Below are positions 25,192 through 32,000 of a stretch of DNA of 32,000 nt, one piece after another. The position numbers were made by a program, and so were the translations under genes. The DNA comes from Edaphobacter aggregans. Lineage in GTDB: Bacteria > Acidobacteriota > Terriglobia > Terriglobales > Acidobacteriaceae. The stretch is from positions 4,680,001-4,712,000 of the forward strand of contig NZ_RSDW01000001.1 of NCBI RefSeq assembly GCF_003945235.1, read 5' to 3'. The notes under the pieces are model-generated. The model did no database searches. It was not told where the DNA came from and worked only from the letters and a program-made list of their open reading frames with translations. Each line of letters starts with the position of its first letter. The first letter of the stretch is position 1.

Positions 25192-25373
25192 TGCCCACTG
25201 GTTAGAAATTTTGGTGCCATTTTGGTGCCAAATATAGCCCAGAATACCGGTTTTCGGACACTCGACCGGCTTATAACCCTTTTAGAATCAAAATCCGGCT
25301 ACTTCTAGGACACCTTCACACGGTGGAAGTCGTAGGTTCGAATCCTGCTGTGCCCACCAATCCTTTCAACAAC
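25168..25373 (+). repeat. att-like repeat module, copy 2
   Basis: This is the counterpart of 9477-9680. It carries tandem TTTTGGTGCCA x2 (25209-25230), GAATACCGGTTT, ACCGGCTTATAACC, the identical 45-mer at 25315-25359 and then TTCAACAACTTAG. Confidence 0.85.
25315..25359 (+). other. tRNA 3' fragment (tRNA-Val CAC-like), identical to 9622-9666; candidate att core
   Basis: 45/45 identity with copy 1. In this copy the preceding CACC also pairs with GGTG (anticodon stem), but no D-arm or 5' acceptor strand lies upstream. Confidence 0.7.
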
Positions 25374-26572
25374 TTAGCGGGTTTTTCACTTCGGGGTTTT
25401 GTTGCATTTTGTTGCAAATCGTCAGAATCGTTTTTTTCCTCTCCTCCTTTTTCGAGCATTAGGTACATTGAGCCGACCATCCCCTGAACGCTCTCCGGGA
25501 GCGCCTGCATGTACTCGTTGGCGGTGGTGTCAGCCTTCGCATGTCGGAGGTGCGCCTGAATGTCTTTCACCGATCCCATGTTCTGCGCCTGTGTAGCCAT
25601 CGTCCGGCGTAGCACCTGGAAGTTCAGCTTCGGAATTCCCAGCTTGTCCGCCAGGGGTTTCAAAACCCGATAGCGGTAGTTGCCCACGTCAAGGAATCCT
25701 CCTGTCGCGTTCGGAAACATGAACGAATCGGGAGAGGGATCGGGAGACTCGCTCTTCCAGAGCAGAAGCTCATGCGCGAGTCCGTCCGGAAGGTGTACTT
25801 TGCCGAGGCTCTTTTTGGTCTTTCCGAAGGGACGGATCTGTCTCCGGTAGACGGTTTCGGTCAGCGACAACGTATTACGGTTGTCGAACGAACGCCAGCG
25901 CAAGACGAACAACTCGCTGGGGCGAAGCGCCTCGGTCATATCCAGGATCAGCAACAGTCGATCCCGACGTGAGGCGTGAGCCAGAATCAGCCAAAGTTGT
26001 TCCCACTCCAGGATCTGTTTGTCCTTCGGCCGGAGATTCTTGGGAATCTTCAGCTTTCGGGTAGGGTCCTTGAGTAGAAACTCCTGTTCGATGGCTTCGT
26101 CGAAGATTGATCGCAGGTAGGAGCGAGCTTGTTTGACCCGGTCCTGACAGTAACGATCCGCTAGTTGATTAACATGCGTCTGCAACATGAATCGGTCGAT
26201 TGATTCAAGCGGAAGTTCTCCGAATTTGCCGATCAAGTCCAACTCAATCTGCGACATCTTTTCCTTCGCCGTTTCCGGCCGCCAGTCCCCCTGTCGAAGG
26301 GGGAAATACCGGTTGCGAACGAACCACCCGAACGACGTCGAGCTATCCTTCTGGACCCGCCCGCTGAGGTTCTGGCCCGTCTGTTTGGCTACCTCCATCC
26401 GGAGAGCTTCACGCGCGCCGGACTTCGTAAGCCTCGTTTTGGGACCGAGCTGAACGCAAACGATATCAACCCGGTTCTCTTCGGTTTTAGGATCGAGGAC
26501 CCGCCGGCGGAAGTATCCGTACCACATCTTTCCGCGCAGCGAGACCCATCCCGCTTGGTGCGTTTTGCCCAT
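25316..26572 (-). CDS. tyrosine recombinase/phage integrase (intact)
   Basis: 418-aa ORF carrying ALRPSELFVLRW, VLRRTMATQ and HLRHAKADTTANEYMQ (catalytic Tyr region). The last 14 codons (..GTAGFEPTTSTV) and the TGA (25316-25318) are the antisense of the tRNA fragment. Confidence 0.9.
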   Translation of the reverse strand: MGKTHQAGWVSLRGKMWYGYFRRRVLDPKTEENRVDIVCVQLGPKTRLTKSGAREALRMEVAKQTGQNLSGRVQKDSSTSFGWFVRNRYFPLRQGDWRPETAKEKMSQIELDLIGKFGELPLESIDRFMLQTHVNQLADRYCQDRVKQARSYLRSIFDEAIEQEFLLKDPTRKLKIPKNLRPKDKQILEWEQLWLILAHASRRDRLLLILDMTEALRPSELFVLRWRSFDNRNTLSLTETVYRRQIRPFGKTKKSLGKVHLPDGLAHELLLWKSESPDPSPDSFMFPNATGGFLDVGNYRYRVLKPLADKLGIPKLNFQVLRRTMATQAQNMGSVKDIQAHLRHAKADTTANEYMQALPESVQGMVGSMYLMLEKGGEEKNDSDDLQQNATKPRSEKPAKLLKGLVGTAGFEPTTSTV

Positions 26573-26617
26573 AGATCACTCGTTTTCTGTGGAGGAAAAA
26601 TGTGGGCGCCTATTATT

Positions 26618-27037
26618 TTACCGGCGTCCCGAGCGTAGCGACGAGACTCGTTCTCGCTCGCTGATAAAGTCTTCAATGCCGCTCGCGCGGTATCGTAGCG
26701 TACCGTCTCCCATACGGATGACCGGGAGTCGCGGCATCTTCCGCGAAGAGTGATCCCATACCCAGTCTTTGCTAACGTTGAGCCGCCTGGCCACATCATC
26801 CACCGTAAGCAATGGGTCACTCACCAACGGACCATAGGTGGAAGCCCCAAGCGGAGGCTTGCGAGTCGTGCTCTTCGGGACGGTCAAGGCATCGGGTGGC
26901 GCGGTCGTAACATCTGCTAAACGAAGCGCCGGAAGGGATTCTGTCGATGGCATATCGTCTCCGTAATGGTGTTCAAGCATCGAGTCGAGCGTTGTCGATA
27001 AGCATTCCCCCGGAATCGTCTGTGTGTCCAATTCCAT
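26618..27037 (-). CDS. excisionase-family helix-turn-helix DNA-binding protein (start uncertain)
   Basis: The C-terminal part reads LLTVDDVARRLNVSKDWVWDH...LPVIRMGDGTLRYRASGIEDFI, the excisionase/MerR-like HTH pattern. It lies 45 nt upstream of the integrase on the same strand. Confidence 0.7.
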   Translation of the reverse strand: MELDTQTIPGECLSTTLDSMLEHHYGDDMPSTESLPALRLADVTTAPPDALTVPKSTTRKPPLGASTYGPLVSDPLLTVDDVARRLNVSKDWVWDHSSRKMPRLPVIRMGDGTLRYRASGIEDFISERERVSSLRSGRR

Positions 27038-27046
27038 TTAGTTTTG

Positions 27047-27071
27047 CCGTTATTCCGAAATGGAATAACGG
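27047..27071. promoter_or_regulatory. perfect 10-bp inverted repeat CCGTTATTCC-GAAAT-GGAATAACGG in the divergent xis / lysR intergenic region
   Basis: Seen directly in the sequence. The inner TTCCGAAATGGAA fits the T-N11-A dyad typical of LysR-type boxes. It lies 9 nt from the excisionase ORF start and ~160 nt from the LysR start. Confidence 0.5.
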
Positions 27072-27231
27072 TGCGAAGCTGCTTCGATATGCAAGCCACA
27101 TTTGAGGATGTCGCCGCATCAAAAACCAACCAGTGACAGGCTGTCGAGATGACCTTCAGCCACGAAATCAAGTGTTCGCCGATTTCATCGTGCTCGAATT
27201 CGCTCTTATGGCCTTCTGATCCCACGTAGAG

Positions 27232-28182
27232 ATGGTAGGGATTGCTATGATGCGGAATGAAATAAGGCTCATGGAAGCAGCAATCGCCCTGGCAGAGGAG
27301 TTAAATTTTTCCCGCGCCGCACATCGTCTGCATATCAGCCAACCCGCTCTCACAAAACAAATCGCAGAACTCGAGAGCCGACTCGGGTTTTCACTTTTCG
27401 AACGCGACCATCAATCGGTCGCGGTCAACGAGGCGGGTAGGGCTTATGTTCAGGAAGCGCGTATGTCGGTGTTTCATAGTGAGAGAGCGGTGCAAGCAGC
27501 CCGCGCCGCGCTCAATAATGCCGAAGTCGTATTGCGCGTCGGAAGATCTCCCTATGGCGATCCCTTTCTTACCTCGACCCTGTTGTCAGTGCGCTTACCG
27601 CTCTTTCCGCAACTAAAGGTCGAACTTACAAGCGGATTCTCGTGCGATTTAGTTCACGATGTTCTTTCGGGACGAGTAGATCTTGCGCTCGTGACGGAGC
27701 CTCCAGAGTCCCCAATGCTCACGATGACAAAAGTAGATGAAGCGCCGCTTTACATTGCTCTTTTGGAAGAGAACGAATTGGCGAAATTGCCGCAGTTGAG
27801 TATGAGTGATCTGAACCATGAAAATTGGATAATCTTCGGCCGCTCCGTCCATCCGCCTCTGTATGACCGTATCTTGCGGTTTGCTTCCGACCTGGCCATC
27901 CGGCCTCGGGACATGAACCACATCATGGTTCCCGAAGAGGCCTACCAACTTATTGCAGAAAAGAATGGGGTAGCATTGCTCTCGAAGACGGGCGCGCTCA
28001 AAAATGCGCGAGATGGCGTCACGATTCGCCCTCTTGTAGAACAACGGCTGATACTCAAAACCTTCCTGGCTTCGCGAGTGGACAATCAGTCGAAGTTAAC
28101 CAGCGAGATCGTGCGAGCGTTTGGACGGAAGATGCGGACGCTTGATGGGGATCCCCAACTCAATCTTCCGATTTCTGCATGA
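27232..28182 (+). CDS. LysR-family transcriptional regulator
   Basis: The N-terminal HTH is IRLMEAAIALAEELNFSRAAHRLHISQPALTKQIAELESRLGFSLFERD, followed by a substrate-binding-like domain. The start could instead be ATG 27247. Confidence 0.9.
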   Translation: MVGIAMMRNEIRLMEAAIALAEELNFSRAAHRLHISQPALTKQIAELESRLGFSLFERDHQSVAVNEAGRAYVQEARMSVFHSERAVQAARAALNNAEVVLRVGRSPYGDPFLTSTLLSVRLPLFPQLKVELTSGFSCDLVHDVLSGRVDLALVTEPPESPMLTMTKVDEAPLYIALLEENELAKLPQLSMSDLNHENWIIFGRSVHPPLYDRILRFASDLAIRPRDMNHIMVPEEAYQLIAEKNGVALLSKTGALKNARDGVTIRPLVEQRLILKTFLASRVDNQSKLTSEIVRAFGRKMRTLDGDPQLNLPISA

Positions 28183-28360
28183 TTTCATTGTTCGTTCGGA
28201 TGTCCTGACGAGTCAGTATCTGAATATTGATTGGACCTGATGATCCGCATCGCGGACAGGTGATGATACCAGTCGAAATCGCCTTCAGGTCGATGTCGTT
28301 TCCTCGTACGACAAATCCACACTTCTTGCATTGATGCGTATGTTCCAACTCTGCGCGCAT
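28160..28360 (-). CDS. possible small zinc-ribbon protein
   Basis: 66-aa ORF with CKKC...CPRC (two CxxC pairs) and a GAGG a few nt upstream of the ATG. It converges on and overlaps the LysR 3' end by 23 nt. No family recognised. Confidence 0.35.
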   Translation of the reverse strand: MRAELEHTHQCKKCGFVVRGNDIDLKAISTGIITCPRCGSSGPINIQILTRQDIRTNNEIMQKSED

Positions 28361-28542
28361 CTGTCCTCGGCCCGTGTACGTTAATCAGACTACGCGTCTT
28401 GGGCCTCACCATAAGCCGTCCCGTCTGCTTCTAAAGTTGTAGTTCCATGTCCAGCAGCCGGAACAACAGGGAAACATCCGAAAGAAGGCCCACATGTACA
28501 ATTCGTAACTGCGAATGGACATAAAGAGTGAGGGATCTGAGA

Positions 28543-28926
28543 ATGGCTGAAAAGACGATAGTGGAAAAGGCTGCTGAGGCGGTCGGGTACGGAATTGCGA
28601 TGGCAGAAGATGTGGCAGGCTCCGTCAAAACCGCAGTAGGTGCAGCCGTGACCACGGTTACAGGGGTTCTGACGAAGTCACCTGAGACGAAAGCCCTGGT
28701 CAAAAAGACAGCCCAAAAGGCGCCTGCGAAGAAAGTTGCGGCAAAGAGAGCTGTCAAGAAAGCATTTGCCAAGAAGGCCGCGAAAAAAGCCGTGGGCAAG
28801 AAGACCGCCAAGAAAAGCCCTGCAAAAAAGGTTGCTAAAAAAGTTGTAGGCAAAAACGCGCCCGCCAAGAAGGCTGCGAAGAAATCCGTAAAGAAGACTG
28901 CGAAAAGGGCTGCCCGAACGCAGTGA
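28543..28926 (+). CDS. Lys/Ala-rich histone-H1-like (nucleoid-associated-like) small basic protein
   Basis: ATG 28543 has GAGGGA 7 nt upstream; the track start 28528 is less likely. The N-terminus is MAEKTIVEKAAEAVGYGIAMAEDVAGS... and the tail is AKKVAAKRAVKKAFAKKAAKKAVGKKTAKKSPAKKVAKK.... Confidence 0.7.
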   Translation: MAEKTIVEKAAEAVGYGIAMAEDVAGSVKTAVGAAVTTVTGVLTKSPETKALVKKTAQKAPAKKVAAKRAVKKAFAKKAAKKAVGKKTAKKSPAKKVAKKVVGKNAPAKKAAKKSVKKTAKRAARTQ

Positions 28927-28941
28927 TGATTGTGAGGGAAT

Positions 28942-29133
28942 ATGGCCAACGATAAGGCGAAGAACAAGGCTGCTAAGCGAGTCGAAAAAGCGGTCAGGAA
29001 AGCTGTGAAGAAGGGTTTGACTGAAGTCGCGGTAGAGAAGGCCGTCTCGAAGGGAATGGCTAAGGCTGCTCCCAAGAAACCGATCGGCAAAGCGGCTGCA
29101 AAGGCTGATGAACTTGAAGCCAAAAGAGCCTGA
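28942..29133 (+). CDS. small Lys/Ala-rich basic protein
   Basis: 63-aa ORF with the same GTGAGGGA SD context just upstream of its ATG as the previous gene. The sequence reads KNKAAKRVEKAVRKAVKKG...AAPKKPIGKAAAKA. Confidence 0.6.
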   Translation: MANDKAKNKAAKRVEKAVRKAVKKGLTEVAVEKAVSKGMAKAAPKKPIGKAAAKADELEAKRA

Positions 29134-29361
29134 AAGGGTTTCATTCCGAGCCTGCCAGTCTGAGAATTTCATTCCGAAGAGGTCCGGTCTCAAGGGGTGG
29201 ATTTGGTTCCTCGCCACGGTGCGCCAGGAGAAACGATCGCGTTATGCGCCGATAGCGGCAGATAGCTAGGAACAGCTGCGGCAGGCATCGGCAACAGTGA
29301 TGGAACGTGGACGCGCCCTTTCTAGCTGTTTTATATTGAGGCTGTTGCCGAACGGCGGAGT

Positions 29362-30366
29362 ATGGCTCGGATGCAAAATCTTGCAAAGAAACCGTTGTTG
29401 ACAGGTACAGATCCCGTTCCGAAGTTCTACGGCGCCAACCTAGCCGAGGTATTCCGGACGCCGATCTATGACTGCTCCCTCAAGAATGTTTCTGGCGTGC
29501 CCGACTTCGCCCTCACCAGGCTCAAGGGTGGATCGATGGAGATGCAGCGGGCGCCGGCCTACCCTGAGGACCGCGCCATGCTCATCTGCGTGGCTTTAGC
29601 TCCAACTCCGGTTGACGGGTGGCGCGCACGAATCGCCGGACAAGAAGTCAGCGTCTCTCATTCGATCGCATTCGCAACAACAGTAATCGATCTTATGAAG
29701 CCGATGGAGATGTGGGCGGCAGGTCCGTTCGACTATCTACACTATTATGTGTCGCGCGATCTGCTGGACAGAGTTGCAGCAGACAACAGGATTGCCCCAG
29801 TTGATTCGTTTCGGATGGTCTTCTTTGAAAGGGATCTCGTCATTGCTCAATTGACCAAGACCATCCTCAGTCAGGTGCGCAACCGTGAACCGCTCAACAT
29901 GCTTGCATTAGAAGATGTCTCACTTCTTGTGAGCACACATCTTCTGCAACACTATGGAAGCGGTAAGGGAATTCTCCGGGCACAGCCGAGCCTGGAGATC
30001 TGGCAAAAGATTCGCACCGAGGAGATGTTGCGTGCGCATCTTGAAGGCGAGATCAGAATTGCGGACCTTGCAACCGCCTGTCAGCTCTCCCCGAGTCACT
30101 TCTCTCGTTGCTTTCGCCAGAGCTTTGGCACTTCAGTTCATCAATGGCTCATCAAGCTTCGAATCGACACGGCGAAGAATCTGCTTCGCGAACCCCAACT
30201 GAGCCTGGCAGAGGTGGGATTTCGGTCGGGATTCTGCGATCAGGCTGCCTTCACACGCGCGTTTACCACGCTCGAAGGGACAACGCCGTTTCGCTGGCGC
30301 AAACTGAACGGTCGTGGCGCGGTTGCTACTGACCACCTTGTCTATGGTGAGTTGCGCTCTCGCTAG
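29362..30366 (+). CDS. AraC/XylS-family transcriptional regulator
   Basis: The C-terminal dual HTH reads IRIADLATACQLSPSHFSRCFRQSFGTSVHQWLIKLRIDTAKNLL...LSLAEVGFRSGFCDQAAFTRAFTTLEGTTPFRWRK. Confidence 0.9.
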   Translation: MARMQNLAKKPLLTGTDPVPKFYGANLAEVFRTPIYDCSLKNVSGVPDFALTRLKGGSMEMQRAPAYPEDRAMLICVALAPTPVDGWRARIAGQEVSVSHSIAFATTVIDLMKPMEMWAAGPFDYLHYYVSRDLLDRVAADNRIAPVDSFRMVFFERDLVIAQLTKTILSQVRNREPLNMLALEDVSLLVSTHLLQHYGSGKGILRAQPSLEIWQKIRTEEMLRAHLEGEIRIADLATACQLSPSHFSRCFRQSFGTSVHQWLIKLRIDTAKNLLREPQLSLAEVGFRSGFCDQAAFTRAFTTLEGTTPFRWRKLNGRGAVATDHLVYGELRSR

Positions 30367-30952
30367 TCGCTTCTATAGAAGCAACGATCCGCTTCACCGA
30401 GAACTGTGCTTTTCTGTCCGCGTCCGGGTCCCGAAGAGAATGGCTGGAGACATGGTGGCTCAGATAGATCCCGAGCAAGTCCCACGCCAGCTGGGTGACG
30501 TCGGTATCCTGCAATAAGTGTCGCTTGTCGATCGCATCACGGATCAACATAATCAGGGTCTGCCGCCAGACCGATTCCGCCGCAGCGGCAGCCTCTCGAA
30601 CAGATCCCGGCAAGAAACTCAACTCAACAATTGCTTGAGCGATCGGACAACTACCCGGCAGTCCTGCCCTCCTCGTCCATCCGATCCATACATTTAGGTA
30701 GCGAATCAGCGACGGCAACCCGCCTCCAATGCCAGTGTCGACTCCGAGGCAGGTACGGCTCCAAAGGTCCAATGCAACATCAAGAATGGATCGCTTTAGG
30801 TCGACCAAATGCGGAAAATGCGCGACGACGCCACCCTTTGACAGGCTCGCGCGTCCGGCAACCGAACCAAAGGTGATCCTGCAGAGCCCCTCTGCGCTTG
30901 CCAAATCAAGTCCTACCCGAAGAATGCGGGTTCTAGTTACTTGACCAGACAC
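30326..30952 (-). CDS. TetR/AcrR-family transcriptional regulator
   Basis: GTG 30952 has GAGGA 6 nt upstream. The N-terminal HTH is TRTRILRVGLDLASAEGLCRITFGSVAGRASLSKGGVVAHFP. The gene converges on the AraC gene with a 41-nt overlap. Confidence 0.85.
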   Translation of the reverse strand: MSGQVTRTRILRVGLDLASAEGLCRITFGSVAGRASLSKGGVVAHFPHLVDLKRSILDVALDLWSRTCLGVDTGIGGGLPSLIRYLNVWIGWTRRAGLPGSCPIAQAIVELSFLPGSVREAAAAAESVWRQTLIMLIRDAIDKRHLLQDTDVTQLAWDLLGIYLSHHVSSHSLRDPDADRKAQFSVKRIVASIEATSESATHHRQGGQ

Positions 30953-31190
30953 TGATCGTCCTCTACTTGTCCTCTACAAAAGCCCTTCTCATTCCCGACG
31001 AGGTAAGCTACGCCGCCAGACGACTTCGAGAGGCATAGTACGCGGTACACCATCTCGGAGGATTGCTGATATCCGTCCTATTTGTCGATTCGGACTCCGT
31101 TTTCGAGTCCAAACGCAGCGCGTTAATCAGTGAAAGGACCATAAATCCTGCTCAGCACCAGCATTTCTGGGAGCTATCTCATTCAACCAT

Positions 31191-31213
31191 GGTCATTTTG
31201 TACAAGAATGACC
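31191..31213. promoter_or_regulatory. near-perfect 23-bp palindrome GGTCATTTTGTACAAGAATGACC (candidate operator)
   Basis: Arms GGTCATT/AATGACC flank a TTGTACAA core. It sits in the TetR (-) / AraC (+) divergent region, ~95 nt upstream of ATG 31308. Confidence 0.4.
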
Positions 31214-31307
31214 GTTCTTTTTGGCGCTACGCTACACTCCGGCGCAATTCGACGTCCACATTGTTCCCTGTAATTCGACAAGGGCACTTGCCGCAACAGA
31301 GCTATCC

Positions 31308-32000
31308 ATGACTACATCATCGAACTCAGCAAACGCTTACGGTGCGCAGATGGCGAAGTATTTCACCATGAACCAACCGCCCCATGTTGCCATCGATTCT
31401 GTGGTTTCCGTCGTCCGGCCGCAACTGGCGATCACCCGGCTGATTGCACGGAGCGGCATCCCGGAACGAACTGCATCCATCCCATCTGAAAAGGCCTACG
31501 TTGTTTCGGTCCATCTCAATCATGCGAATTCCGGGGAATGGGAACTGTGGACCGATGACAAGTACACAAAGACGGGGGCGTGGCCAGTCGGCGGAGTCGC
31601 AATGTGCGACCTGGAGTCAAATTCGAGTATTCGAAATCCGGGCCCGATCGATTGGATTCATTACCATGTTCCGCGTGCAACTTTGGATTCTCTTTCGGAC
31701 GATGCTGGAGTGCCTAGAGCCAAGCGCCTCTACTGCGTTTATGGAACTCCCGACCCCACGCTCCATCACCTAACGCAAACGATTTTGCCGTGCCTAAATA
31801 GGCCGGAGATGTTCTCTCAGTTGTTCATGGATTCTTTTACCTTGATGATCTGTTCGCACCTTGTTGGTCGCTACGCTCAAACTCACGAAGCCTTCCCGCG
31901 ATTCAAGGGCGGTCTGGCGCCGTGGCAAAGTCGTCGCGTTGTGGATTTGTTCCATGAGCACTTGGACGGCGACATAAAACTGGAAACACTTGCCGATGAA
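31308..32000 (+). CDS. AraC/XylS-family regulator, N-terminal 231 codons (3' end outside window)
   Basis: Not in the track because there is no stop in the window. The frame is open from ATG 31308 to the window end: MTTSSNSANAYGAQMAKYFTMNQPPHVAIDS...HYHVPRATLDSL...FKGGLAPWQSRRVVDLFHEHLDGDIKLETLADE. The layout parallels 29362..30366 (HYYVSRDLLDRV...LEIWQKIRTEEMLRAHLEGEIRIADLA). Confidence 0.75.
   Translation, partial: MTTSSNSANAYGAQMAKYFTMNQPPHVAIDSVVSVVRPQLAITRLIARSGIPERTASIPSEKAYVVSVHLNHANSGEWELWTDDKYTKTGAWPVGGVAMCDLESNSSIRNPGPIDWIHYHVPRATLDSLSDDAGVPRAKRLYCVYGTPDPTLHHLTQTILPCLNRPEMFSQLFMDSFTLMICSHLVGRYAQTHEAFPRFKGGLAPWQSRRVVDLFHEHLDGDIKLETLADE

Larger units (their letters stand above)
9622..25359. 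mobile_element. integrase-associated segment bounded by identical 45-bp tRNA-fragment direct repeats (degenerate island)
   Basis: The direct repeats lie at 9622-9666 and 25315-25359. The integrase pseudogene sits next to the left repeat. The rest of the content is only the beta-barrel gene, the 12.5-kb surface-protein gene and its leader. Confidence 0.45.

Noticed and set aside
24212-25237. ORFs 24212..24631, 24418..24735, 24555..24851 and 25007..25237 in the giant-gene leader
   Set aside because: They overlap one another, are Arg/Ser-rich shadow-like sequences, and lack SDs and recognisable domains.
26389-26820. 143-aa minus-strand ORF bridging the integrase start and the excisionase end
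   Set aside because: It is out of frame with two well-supported genes and has no independent evidence.
28431-29144. 237-aa minus-strand Phe/Ala/Leu-rich ORF (and 28678..29217)
   Set aside because: It is the mirror image of the AAG/GCN-rich codons of the two plus-strand Lys/Ala-rich genes, both of which have good SD+ATG contexts. The minus ORF has none.
31444-31773. 109-aa plus-strand ORF
   Set aside because: It lies in a different frame inside the open AraC-like frame that starts at 31308 and has clear paralogy to 29362..30366.

Overview
Moderately GC-rich bacterial window. The giant YVTN/Ig-repeat surface protein suggests an Acidobacteriota-like soil organism, but this cannot be proven from the sequence alone. 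The layout runs as follows. (i) 1-7924 holds a same-strand, almost gap-free cluster. It contains a partial metallophosphoesterase, a TPR-like/CHAT (caspase-fold) peptidase and three highly diverged paralogous P-loop (ORC/Cdc6- or STAND-like) NTPases. One NTPase is fused to an RDD-type membrane domain and one to a transglutaminase-like Cys-His-Asp domain, and start/stop codons overlap (GTGA, ATGGTGA). This is my top candidate for an undescribed conflict/defence system. (ii) 8327-9181 encodes an orphan polytopic membrane protein. (iii) Two ~200-bp direct-repeat modules (9477-9680 and 25168-25373) each end in an identical 45-bp tRNA 3' fragment that parses as tRNA-Val(CAC). Each is followed by a minus-strand tyrosine integrase. 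The first integrase is inactivated by one in-frame TAG; the second is intact and has an excisionase-like HTH gene. This pattern fits tandem tRNA-targeting islands. (iv) Between the repeats lies a 12.5-kb gene for a 4161-aa surface protein. It has 16 YVTN blades, Ig-like and MBG-like modules, 7 x 273-bp tandem repeats, a 2175-bp super-repeat and an odd internal TM/lipobox segment near the C-terminus. It is coupled to a small outer-membrane beta-barrel gene. (v) The right arm carries a LysR regulator, two Lys/Ala-rich histone-H1-like small proteins, two AraC paralogues and a TetR regulator. I saw no rRNA, no complete tRNA and no CRISPR array. All family assignments come from motif reading by eye; no searches were run.
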